A stretch of DNA of 64,000 bases from Candidatus Marinacidobacterium sp. (GTDB lineage Bacteria > Acidobacteriota > Vicinamibacteria > Marinacidobacterales > Marinacidobacteraceae). The translations under genes and the position numbers were made by a program. Positions 29,217 through 40,365 of this stretch are shown here, one piece after another (the first letter of the stretch is position 1; every line of letters begins with the position of its first letter). The notes beneath the pieces are model-generated. The model saw nothing but the letters and a program-made list of their open reading frames with translations, did not search any database and was not told the DNA's origin. The stretch lies in contig OZ242011.1 in the NCBI GenBank assembly GCA_965204755.1, forward strand, positions 1,952,001 through 2,016,000. The letters are read 5' to 3'.

Positions 29217-29281
29217 CGACCCCCCTTCCCGGCCTTCGCCCCGCCGTTACACTCGCCGCCGCCCCCGTCGGAACGACCCCC

Positions 29282-31585
29282 ATGAACTCCCTCGTCATCG
29301 TCGAGTCGAACGCCAAGGCGAAGACCATCGAGAAGTTCCTCGGCAAGTCCTACCGGGTGCTGGCCAGCGGCGGCCATGTGCGCGACCTGCCGTCGCGGGG
29401 CCTCTCCGTGGACATCGAAAACGGGTTCGCCCCGAAGTTCGAAGTGGTCCCCGACCGGGTCAAGATCCTGGACAGCCTGAAGCGGGCGGCCAAGCGCACC
29501 GACCGCATCTACCTGGCGACCGACCCGGACCGCGAAGGCGAAGCCATCAGCCACGACCTCGCCGAGGAGTTCCGCGCGGCGCTGGGCAAGGGGAAGCAGG
29601 TGCCCATCCAGCGGATCACCTTCCACGAGATCACCCCGCCGGCGGTGCGCCGGGCGCTCGAGGAAGCGGGCGAAGTGGACGCGAACCGGGTGGCGGCGCA
29701 GCAGACCCGCCGGGTGCTCGACCGGATCGTCGGCTACAAGATCTCCCCGCTCCTCTCGCGGAAGGTCGCTCCCCGGCTCTCCGCCGGGCGGGTGCAGTCG
29801 GTCGCGCTCCGGCTCATCTGCGAGCGGGAACGCGAAATCCGCGCGTTCGTCATGGAGGAGTACTGGCGGATCGAAGGCCACCTCGCCACCGAGTCCGGCG
29901 CCCCGGTGGTCGCGCTCGCGGACATCCCGGTGAACCCGCCGAAGAAGCCGGTCGCCCGCAACGAAACCGTCGCGACCGCGATCCGCGGCGCCCTCTCCCG
30001 CTGCCGGTTCCGGGTCGGCGCGGTGGAGTCCAAGACCCGCCGCGACCACGCGCCCCCGCCGTTCATCACCAGCACGCTGCAGCGCCAGGCCGCCTCCGCG
30101 TTCCGCTTCCCCGCCGCCCGGACGATGCGCACCGCCCAAGCCCTCTACGAGGGCGTGGACCTCGGCTCCGGCGACCGGGTCGGCCTCATCACCTACCTGC
30201 GGACCGACTCCACCCGCGTCTCGAAGGAAGCGCTCGGCGAAGTCCGCCGGCACATCGCGCAGCGGTTCGGCGGCGACTTCCTGCCGGAGAAACCCAACTT
30301 CTTCCGCAAGGGGAAAGGCGCGCAGGACGCCCACGAAGCCATCCGCCCCACCTCGGTGGAGCGGACCCCGGACGCGGTCGCGCCCTACCTGAACGACGAC
30401 CAGCGGAAGTTGTACCGGATGATCTGGGAGCGCTTCGTCGCCTCGCAGATGCGCCCGGCGGTCTTCCACGACACCCGGGTGACCGTCCGCGCCGAACACC
30501 CGGAGGGCCGCCCCCCGGAGATCGCGGACTTCGGCCCCGCCCCCGAAACCCTCACCGCGACCGGCTCCGTCCTCGTGGAGAAGGGGTACCGGGTGCTCTA
30601 CCGGGAGACCGCCGAAGAAGTGGCGGCGGACGCCGACGCCGACGACGCGCGCCGCCCGCTGCCGGCCCTCGAGCAGGGGCAGCCGCTGCGCCTCCGCGAG
30701 ATCCGGCCCCGCCAGCACTTCACCTCGCCCCCGCGCCGCTACAGCGAGGCCGGGTTGATCCGCAAGTTGGAGCAGAACGGCATCGGCCGGCCGAGCACCT
30801 ATGTCCCGACGCTCCGCCGCATCAAGGACCGGGAATATGTGCGGACGAAGGCCCGGGTGTTCATGCCCACCGAAGTGGGGATGCTGGTGAGCGACTTGCT
30901 GACCTTCAGTTTCGACGCGCTGTTCAATGTCCGCTACACCGCCGGGATGGAGGCGAACCTCGACCGGATCGAACAGGGGGACGCGGACTACCTGACCACG
31001 CTCGAAGCGTTCTACGAGGAGTTCTCGAAGACGCTGGACCGGGCGCTGGTGGAGATGCCCCGGATCAAGGGGCTCCCTACCGCCGAAGGATGCGAACTCT
31101 GCGGGAAGCCGCTGGTCCTGCGCTGGAGCGGCGGGGAGAAGTTCCTCGGTTGCGCCGGGTTCCCGGAGTGCCGGGGGAGCCGGTCGCTGCCCGGGGAAGG
31201 CGCGGCGGAGATCGAGGACGAGTCGCCGCCCTGCCCGGAGTGCGGCGCGGCGATGAGCGCCCGGCGCGGCCGGTTCGGCCCGTTCCTCGGCTGCTCCCGC
31301 TACCCGGAGTGCCAGACGATCATCCAGTTGCGCGACGGCCGGCTGGTGCCGAAGGCGAAGGCGGAACCGGTGGACGAGAAGTGTCCGGAGTGCGGGAAGC
31401 AGTTGGTGAGGCGGCAGAGTCGGCGCGGCCCGTTCCTCGGCTGCAGCGGTTTCCCCGGCTGCCGCTACCTCCGCTCCGAACGCGGCGCGGCGAAGACCGG
31501 CCGGAAGAAGAAGACGGCGAGGAAGAAGGCGGTCTCCCGGAGGCGAACCGCGGCGACCGGCCGCGCCGCCGCCGCCCCGGCGTGA
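29282..31585 (+). CDS. topA: DNA topoisomerase I
   Basis: LVIVES..KAKTI, ATDPDREGE, SAGRVQS, ITYLRTDS, GIGRPSTY, three C4 zinc ribbons, Lys-rich tail. Confidence 0.96.
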   Translation: MNSLVIVESNAKAKTIEKFLGKSYRVLASGGHVRDLPSRGLSVDIENGFAPKFEVVPDRVKILDSLKRAAKRTDRIYLATDPDREGEAISHDLAEEFRAALGKGKQVPIQRITFHEITPPAVRRALEEAGEVDANRVAAQQTRRVLDRIVGYKISPLLSRKVAPRLSAGRVQSVALRLICEREREIRAFVMEEYWRIEGHLATESGAPVVALADIPVNPPKKPVARNETVATAIRGALSRCRFRVGAVESKTRRDHAPPPFITSTLQRQAASAFRFPAARTMRTAQALYEGVDLGSGDRVGLITYLRTDSTRVSKEALGEVRRHIAQRFGGDFLPEKPNFFRKGKGAQDAHEAIRPTSVERTPDAVAPYLNDDQRKLYRMIWERFVASQMRPAVFHDTRVTVRAEHPEGRPPEIADFGPAPETLTATGSVLVEKGYRVLYRETAEEVAADADADDARRPLPALEQGQPLRLREIRPRQHFTSPPRRYSEAGLIRKLEQNGIGRPSTYVPTLRRIKDREYVRTKARVFMPTEVGMLVSDLLTFSFDALFNVRYTAGMEANLDRIEQGDADYLTTLEAFYEEFSKTLDRALVEMPRIKGLPTAEGCELCGKPLVLRWSGGEKFLGCAGFPECRGSRSLPGEGAAEIEDESPPCPECGAAMSARRGRFGPFLGCSRYPECQTIIQLRDGRLVPKAKAEPVDEKCPECGKQLVRRQSRRGPFLGCSGFPGCRYLRSERGAAKTGRKKKTARKKAVSRRRTAATGRAAAAPA

Positions 31586-32553
31586 GTCGGCGCGGCGCCG
31601 CCGCCTCCCGGAAGAACCCGGCTTCCGCGCCGCTCGCGGAACACGCGGCCTCCTTCCTCACCGACCTCGAAGAGCGGCGGGGCGCCTCGCCCCACACGGT
31701 GCGCAGTTACCGGAGCGACCTCGCGGACTTCCTCGAGTACCTGGACGCGGTTTCGGCGGACGACGCCGAGCCGGCCGCTCCCCCGACGGCGGATTCGGTG
31801 GACATCGCGCTCCTCCGCAGTTACCTGGCCTCGCTCCACGAGCGCGGTCTCGGCCGGACCACCGCCGCCCGGAAACTGGCGGCGCTCCGTTCGTTCTACC
31901 GCTACCTCGGGCGGATCGGCGCGGTGGAGCGGGACCCGGCGCGGGCGGTTCGCGCCCCGAAGACGCCGCGCCGCATCCCGCAGCGGCTCGAACTCGGGGA
32001 AGTGGAGGAACTGCTGCACGCCCCCGACCCGGCGACCGCGCGCGGGAAACGCGACCTCGCCATCCTGGAGTTGCTCTACGGGACCGGGGTGCGCGTCTCC
32101 GAACTCGTCGGGCTCGACCTCACCGACCTGCAGCGGAACTCGCGGATCCTGCGGGTGCTGGGGAAGGGCGGCAAGGAGCGGGTCGCCCCCTTCGGGGAAG
32201 TCGCCGCCGACGCCCTCGGCGACTACCTGTCCGCCCGCGGCGAACTCGCCGCCGCCGGCGCCGCGTCGGAAGCGGTCTTCCTGAACGCCCGCGGCGGCCG
32301 GCTCACCGACCGCTCGGTGCGCACCATCGTGCGGCGCTACCTGGGCGAGGCGGGAATCGCCCACCTGGCCGGCAAGGCGACCCCCCACACGCTCCGCCAC
32401 GCCTTCGCCACCCACCTCCTCGACCGGGGCGCCGACCTGCGCGCCATTCAGGAACTCCTCGGGCACGCCAGTCTGGCGACGACCCAGAAGTACACCCAGG
32501 TCTCCACCGCCCGCCTGTTCGAGGTGTACGCCAAGTCCCACCCGAGGACCTGA
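31582..32553 (+). CDS. xerC: Tyrosine recombinase XerC
   Basis: LLYGTGVRVSEL, GKGGKER, TPHTLRHAFATHLL, LLGHASLATTQKYT. dprA-topA-xerC synteny. Confidence 0.88.
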   Translation: MSRRGAAASRKNPASAPLAEHAASFLTDLEERRGASPHTVRSYRSDLADFLEYLDAVSADDAEPAAPPTADSVDIALLRSYLASLHERGLGRTTAARKLAALRSFYRYLGRIGAVERDPARAVRAPKTPRRIPQRLELGEVEELLHAPDPATARGKRDLAILELLYGTGVRVSELVGLDLTDLQRNSRILRVLGKGGKERVAPFGEVAADALGDYLSARGELAAAGAASEAVFLNARGGRLTDRSVRTIVRRYLGEAGIAHLAGKATPHTLRHAFATHLLDRGADLRAIQELLGHASLATTQKYTQVSTARLFEVYAKSHPRT

Positions 32554-32559
32554 CGCCGG

Positions 32560-33815
32560 TCAATACCGGGGCGGGGGCCCGAACACCGCCGGGCAGTCGA
32601 AGATGCGGCGGTAGCGGGCGACTTCCTCCGGGTCGCCGACGGTCTTGTTGGCGTCGTCGCTGAGTTTCACCAGCGGCCGCCCGTTCGCGCCCACCGGCTT
32701 CACCACCAGCGAGTAGGTGGGCAGCCCGCAGTCGTGGGTGAGGTTCGTCCCCCACCCGAACGAGACCCCGATGCGCCCGCGGAATCGCCGGTGGAGCGCG
32801 ACCAGGTCCTCCACGCGGAGCCCGTCGCTGAAGACCAGTGTCTTCGCGGCGGCGTCCACTCCCCGGTCGCGGTACCAGCGGAGCGCGCGTTCCCCGAAAG
32901 CCGCCGGGTCGCCGGAGTCGTGGCGGACGCCGCGGAACCGGGCGGCGCGGGCCGCGTCCACCTCGCGGAAGTAGGACTCCGAACCCCAGGTGTCCGTGAG
33001 GAAGACGGAATACGGCGCCCCGTAGTCGTCCCGCCAGGCGTCGGCCGTCTCGAGGAACGACGCCGCGACGGCCTCGTCCGAATCCGCCCCGAGCGCCGCT
33101 CCCACCATGAAGACTTCGTGGGCGACCGTCCCCACCGGGGCGAGACCGTGGCGGAACGCGGAAGCCGCCGCCGAAGTCCCGACGAACTGCCCCGGCAGCG
33201 CCTCCGCCAGCCGCTCCTCGACTTCCTGCTGCCATTCCCGCGAGAACCGCCGCCGCGTGCCGAACGAGGCGAAGCGGACTCCGGGCTCCCCCCGCAGGAC
33301 CTCGATCTTCCGCGCCAGGTTCTCCCGGCCGGCGGCGAGCGCCTCCCGCTCCGCCCCGGCGCCCCCGGCGGCGAGCGCGGCGCGGACGAGGAGTTCGCTG
33401 AGCGTGGAGAGGAACAGCGTCTCCCAGAGAATCCCCTCCGCCCAACCGGCCTCGACCTCGAGCCGGAACCCGCCCCCCTCCACCGCCAACTCGAACGGCG
33501 GCAGCCGCAGCCGCGAGAGGAACGACAGGAAGTCCTCGCCGAAGAGCGCCCCTCCGCCGAGGTTCCGCAGGTAGTCGAGTTCCTCCGGGCGGAACGAGAG
33601 CCCCCGCACCCCTTCGAGCGCGTCCCGGAACTCCTCCGCCGGCAGCAGCGCCGCCAGGTTCGCGTCCCGGTCGCGGCAGATCAGCCGGTAGCGGACGCTC
33701 ACCGCGGGATGCCGCCGGAAGACGAACTGCCCCATCGTGAACTTGTAGAAGTCCACATCGAGGAGGGAGGCGACCGGAGGGGCCGCCCCCGGCCGGCGCG
33801 TCGTCAGGCGCGTCG

Positions 33816-33837
<22 letters not shown>
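32560..33837 (-). CDS. pncB: Nicotinate phosphoribosyltransferase
   Basis: SLLDVDFYKFTM, FGTRRRFS, GTVAHE, VRHDSGDP, FSDGL, FGWGTNLT, VKLSD. Confidence 0.93.
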
Positions 33838-36243
<2,406 letters not shown>

Positions 36244-36274
36244 GAGCGGCGGCGCCGGGAGAGGGGGCGCCCCG

Positions 36275-36359
36275 CGGAGGGAGAGGGATTCGAACCCCCG
36301 GACCCTTGCGGGTCAGTGGTTTTCAAGACCACCGCCTTCGGCCGCTCGGCCATCCCTCC
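36275..36359 (-). tRNA. tRNA-Ser(TGA)
   Basis: GGAGGGATGGCCGAGCGG...CTTGAAA...long variable arm...GGTTCGAATCC. CCA not encoded. Confidence 0.95.
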
Positions 36360-36499
36360 GTGGGAGGGGCGCCCCGTCGGGGGGCCGGCGGCTAGCGGCG
36401 CGCCGGCCCTACGACGACGAGGCTGATCGCCGGCGACTCATTCCCCGGAGACTCATAACCCTGTCAGCGGTCTGTCGGCGGGCGTCGGCGCGGCCCGGC

Positions 36500-37426
36500 T
36501 CAGTCCTGCGGCGGCAGGGCGTCCAGCATCGCCTGCGCCTGCGCCGCTTCCGCGCTCTCCGGGTCCACCTCGATCACCATGCGCAGGTGCTCGGCGGCGG
36601 CCGCGAGGTCGCCGGTGTTCAGGTAGGCCATGCCGATCTGCAGGTGCGGCTCGCCCCAGTCCGGGCGGCGCTCGGCGGCGATCTCGTAGAAGGGGATCGC
36701 ACCGGCGGCGTTCCCGGTCTGGAAGTAGATCTGCCCCACATTGAAGGGGATGACCTCGTCTTCGGTCACTTCCACGGCCATCTCGAAGTACTTGACCGCT
36801 TCCTCCATGTCGTTCTGGCCGGCGGCGGTCTCGGCGAGCCCCACCAGCGCGCCGGGGTGGTCCATCTCCTGGTCGAGCACCATCTGGAACGCGGCCTTCG
36901 CCTCGTCCGGCCGGCCGAGTTCGCGCAGCACGCTGCCCCGGTTCAGGTTCACCTGGTAGATCGTCGGGTCGGCGGCCAGCACTTCGTCGTACTTGGCCAG
37001 CGCCTCGTCGAACCGACCGGCCTGGTGGAGTTCCTGAGCCTCCGCGAGCAGGCCGCCGCCGGTTCCCGCCGACTGCCCCATCTGCGCCTTCTCCAGCACC
37101 AGGTCCATGTCCGGGTTCTTCCCGGCCTGCTTCATCGGCGCCTGGTAGTTGTAGGGCATGAACCCGGTCGCCTGCACCGCGAAGTCGTAGGTGCGGCTGC
37201 GGAAGCCGAGGATCGCCCAGCGCCCGTTGTCGTCGGCGGTGGCTTCGAGCACCCGCCCGGAGTCCCCGGTCTGCGCGGTGACCGTCGCCCCGGGGATGGG
37301 GTTGCCCTCCTGGTCCTTGACCGTCCCGGAGACGCGGCCGGTCCCCATCTGCGCCCAGGCGAAGGCGCCGGTCAGCAGGAGCGCCGGCGCGGCGAGCGCC
37401 GGGATCGTCCGGAAGTTCCGTCTCAT
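36500..37426 (-). CDS. Carboxypeptidase-regulatory-like domain + TPR secreted protein
   Basis: Signal peptide, GRVSGTVKDQEGNPIPGATV, multiple TPRs. Confidence 0.8.
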   Translation of the reverse strand: MRRNFRTIPALAAPALLLTGAFAWAQMGTGRVSGTVKDQEGNPIPGATVTAQTGDSGRVLEATADDNGRWAILGFRSRTYDFAVQATGFMPYNYQAPMKQAGKNPDMDLVLEKAQMGQSAGTGGGLLAEAQELHQAGRFDEALAKYDEVLAADPTIYQVNLNRGSVLRELGRPDEAKAAFQMVLDQEMDHPGALVGLAETAAGQNDMEEAVKYFEMAVEVTEDEVIPFNVGQIYFQTGNAAGAIPFYEIAAERRPDWGEPHLQIGMAYLNTGDLAAAAEHLRMVIEVDPESAEAAQAQAMLDALPPQD

Positions 37427-37479
37427 GGTGTCTCTCCTTCGGCGGCGCCGCCGGAAACGGGCGCCCCTCTGCGTCCGGC

Positions 37480-37553
37480 TGGCTGGGAAGCAGGGACTCG
37501 AACCCCGATTCCACGGTCCAGAGCCGTGTGTCCTGCCATTGGACGACTTCCCA
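37480..37553 (-). tRNA. tRNA-Gln(CTG)
   Basis: TGGGAAGTCGTCCAATGGCAGGAC...CTCTGGA...GGTTCGAGTCC...CCCAGCCA. Confidence 0.95.
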
Positions 37554-37630
37554 GTTTCACGGGAACCCGTGAGGATAGCAGGGTCGGGGTGGTCGCCCCC
37601 GGCCCTCGGCGCCCCCGGCCCCGCCCGCCG

Positions 37631-38350
37631 TCAGGCCGGCGCGACCGCCGGCATCTCGTCCCAGGTGCGCCCGTCCAGCAGCCGCCCGGTCCGCTTCTTG
37701 AAGACCCCGCCCCACTGCTTGAAGAAGAACGGCACCCCCTCCCGCCGGCATCCGTCGCGGATGTCCCGCACCCACGCCGCCTCCATCGGCCGCGCCCCCG
37801 GCCCGGACTCCCCGCCGGCGATCACCCAGTCCACCCCGCCGAGTCGGAGCCCCGGCAGCGGCCCGAGCAGCGGCTCCAGCGACAGGAACTTGGTGCGGGC
37901 GCCGGTCTCCCGCAGCATCGGCAGCCGGAAGAGGGTCTCCTCCGACTCGATGCTCGTCCCCAGCCAGATGTTCGGCGTCCAGTCGAGCCGCCCGGAGAGC
38001 GTCACCGCCCGCCGGGGCCGCTTCGTCAGCACCTGGAAGGTGTGGCGGGAGGCCCGGTTCATCACGGCGAACACCCGCTCGATGAACGCGGTCGGCACCT
38101 CCCGGTGGAAGAGGTCGGACATGGAGTTCACGAACACCACCCGCGGCTTCCGCCACCGCAGCGGCTCGCCGAGCGTCCCCGGATGGATCGTCGTCCGGAA
38201 CCCGTTCCGGTACTTCGCCACCCCCATCGCCCGCAGCCGCCCCGCCATCCGCTCCGCGTAGCACCGCTCACACCCGGCGCTGACCTTGGTGCACCCGGTC
38301 ACCGGGTTCCAGGTCACCTCCGTCCACTCGATGGCGGAGACGGTGGACAT
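37631..38350 (-). CDS. DUF5131 (phage Gp37/Gp68) radical-SAM-like protein
   Basis: [62 protein letters not shown]. Confidence 0.92.
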   Translation of the reverse strand: MSTVSAIEWTEVTWNPVTGCTKVSAGCERCYAERMAGRLRAMGVAKYRNGFRTTIHPGTLGEPLRWRKPRVVFVNSMSDLFHREVPTAFIERVFAVMNRASRHTFQVLTKRPRRAVTLSGRLDWTPNIWLGTSIESEETLFRLPMLRETGARTKFLSLEPLLGPLPGLRLGGVDWVIAGGESGPGARPMEAAWVRDIRDGCRREGVPFFFKQWGGVFKKRTGRLLDGRTWDEMPAVAPA

Positions 38351-38479
38351 CGCGGCCTCCCTTTCAGTCCGGGCGCCCGGCGCCGGTCACGGCGGCGAAC
38401 GGTACCCCCACTCCCGGCGCCGCGCCTCGGCCGCGGGTCGCACCCGCCGAAAGGCAGCCGCCGGCCCGGCCGGGTCGCC

Positions 38480-38844
38480 CCGCCCGCGCTACCCTCCCGT
38501 CGGCGCGCGCGACAACGGTGCTATTCCGCCTGCCGTAGCCCGCTCCTCCGGGAGCGCCGTGGCGCAATGTGGGGTTGCCGGCCTCGGCCGGATGGCGGGC
38601 CCCACCGCGCGCCACACTTCGAGACGCCGGGCGCCGGCTGACACCCGCCGGGCTGGATTCGCGGATCAGATCGCCGGCGATGCACACCGTTCCGCCCGCC
38701 CGCGCTACATTCCCGTCGGCGCGCGTGACGACGGTGCTATTCCGCCTGCCGTAGCCCGCTCCTCCGGGAGTGCGTGCGCAATGTGGGGTTGCCGGTCTCG
38801 GCCGGATGGCGGGCCCCACCGCGCGCCACACCTCATTCGAGACG
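38480..38844. repeat. Two ~145-bp direct repeats (38480-38626, 38696-38844), structured RNA-like
   Basis: Near-identical copies with a frame-breaking indel. Conserved stems and a cUCCGg tetraloop. Confidence 0.9.
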
Positions 38845-38854
38845 GTGGGCATGG

Positions 38855-39715
38855 CTACTCGCCTTCGCTGAATCGCAGAAGGTGACCGGCGATATCCGTA
38901 GCGGTCTTCGTGCCCTTGGGATGGCCGGCGCAGAACATGAACTCGAACAAGGGGCCGCCTCGCGAGTTCCTCAACAGTGCTGACTGTTCCAAGAACCGTG
39001 AGCCAAAGGTCCTCCGTAGGTTGCGCTTATAGATTGAGACGAGACCCTCGACACCGGACTGACGCTTCACCTTGTCGCCGCCGAAAAGTGTGCCCTGGGC
39101 CTCATAGAGATCTCTCCAAGACTCGTCGCCGTAGATCCGAGTGAGCGTTGCCTTCCAAGCCGGCGAGACGCTCTCGGGGTCTCTCGCCTTCGGCAATAGC
39201 CGTGCAATGGCGGACACGGGGAAGAGGATCCAGGTGTCGAACATCCGCAGTCGGGCGATCCGCTTCATCGTCTGCCATTCAATTTGAGTGGCGAACGGAT
39301 CGAGAAAGAGAACGCCGCGCCATCCGTACGCAGGAAACTCGCGGTGCTGCAGGAAGTCGTTGGCGTCGGTCTCGTGGATGTCGATCCAGCGACCGCGATA
39401 GTCCCGCCGCAGGTGCGCGAGTGCCCTGCATCGCGCGTGGTCGCGTTCGATGAAGATGCACCGGTCGAAGGGTCGGTCGTCGACCTCCAAAGCGCGTCGG
39501 GCGGAACCCTTGAGGAATTCCCGCTCTGGTTCGCCGAAGTCGGATCTGAACCGGGGCTCGATCCACCCGGTACCGGCGAACGCATCGATGTACATCAGAT
39601 GGAAACCCTTGTTCTTCAGCGCCGTCGTGTAGGCACGCAGATAGCCCGTCAAGATCGCCAGTTTCTGCATGGTCCATTTGCCGCCGAACGAAGTGGCGCG
39701 CGGCGCAGTCGTCAT
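38855..39715 (-). CDS. Three-Cys-motif partner protein TcmP (methyltransferase-like)
   Basis: FGGKWT..KL, YIDAFAGTG, GSARRAL, LFLDPF. Lower GC. Usual partner of DUF5131. Confidence 0.85.
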   Translation of the reverse strand: MTTAPRATSFGGKWTMQKLAILTGYLRAYTTALKNKGFHLMYIDAFAGTGWIEPRFRSDFGEPEREFLKGSARRALEVDDRPFDRCIFIERDHARCRALAHLRRDYRGRWIDIHETDANDFLQHREFPAYGWRGVLFLDPFATQIEWQTMKRIARLRMFDTWILFPVSAIARLLPKARDPESVSPAWKATLTRIYGDESWRDLYEAQGTLFGGDKVKRQSGVEGLVSIYKRNLRRTFGSRFLEQSALLRNSRGGPLFEFMFCAGHPKGTKTATDIAGHLLRFSEGE

Positions 39716-39852
39716 TATCAGAGAAAAATGCCTACTGCTGCGTCAGATTCCGTCATGGGGAACGAGCCGGATTGCTTCATGGGTCCAGTCAACGCCGTCG
39801 AACTTGGCGGGGCAGTCTCACGCACGCACTTACCGGCTTGCCACAAGGCCGG

Positions 39853-40281
39853 TTATGCCGGATTTCGCGGTCTGTCGGTGCCTTGGCCGCGCCGGTCCCC
39901 GGCAATGTAGGCGATTCCGTCGAAGGGGAGGTTCGGGATTCGCGTCGGGGCGCGGTGGGCGGTGACCTGCGAGCGCACGGCAGCCTTCATGACCTCCTTC
40001 CAAGCCTCGGCCGGGGCCGGGGTCAGCAGGTGGTCGAGGTGTCCGTGGATCCGCAGATGTTCCTCGGCGGTGGCGGCGAGGCCGCGCTCGAAGTGCGTTC
40101 TGGCTTGGGGCTCCGTGTCGCCCATCGCCAGGTAGTCCACTTCGAGGCCTTGGGCGAACCAGAAGGAGTCGTCCCGGCCGACCCGGACCCTCAGGTCACC
40201 CATCCCGCCCGCGCGGGGAGGCCGGTCGTCGGCTACGGCGGCCCCGCCCTCACTGGCGGACGCGGTTTGCGGCTGCTCCAT
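39853..40281 (-). CDS. HicB-like domain protein (solo)
   Basis: WFAQGLEVDYLAMGDTEPQAR resembles the HicB N-terminal fold. No HicA nearby. Confidence 0.5.
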   Translation of the reverse strand: MEQPQTASASEGGAAVADDRPPRAGGMGDLRVRVGRDDSFWFAQGLEVDYLAMGDTEPQARTHFERGLAATAEEHLRIHGHLDHLLTPAPAEAWKEVMKAAVRSQVTAHRAPTRIPNLPFDGIAYIAGDRRGQGTDRPRNPA

Positions 40282-40287
40282 GTCGGA

Positions 40288-40336
40288 AATCTAACACTTG
40301 ATATCAAGACTGCGCAAGCCACGGAACGGCTATGAT
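40288..40336. promoter_or_regulatory. Divergent promoters with 12-bp palindrome CTTGATATCAAG
   Basis: Minus strand TTGCGC-18-TAGATT, plus strand TATGAT at 40331, palindrome at 40297-40308. Confidence 0.45.
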
Positions 40337-40365
40337 GCTCCGGTCATGACGGGCGGAGGCTGCCG

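Noticed and set aside
31582-32553. Tyrosine recombinase as a mobile-element integrase
   Set aside because: Sequence and dprA-topA-xerC synteny indicate housekeeping XerC.
36261-36378. GGGGCGCCCC palindromes on both sides of tRNA-Ser as att sites
   Set aside because: More simply leader/trailer pairing of the pre-tRNA. Short GC palindromes are common here.
37480-37630. tRNA-Gln as integration site of the defence island
   Set aside because: The island lies on the 5' side of the tRNA. No integrase or duplicated tRNA 3' end is visible in the window.
38480-38844. CRISPR array, tRNA or protein-coding repeat
   Set aside because: Only two long copies, no cas genes, no T-loop or anticodon arm, and an indel between copies breaks the frame.
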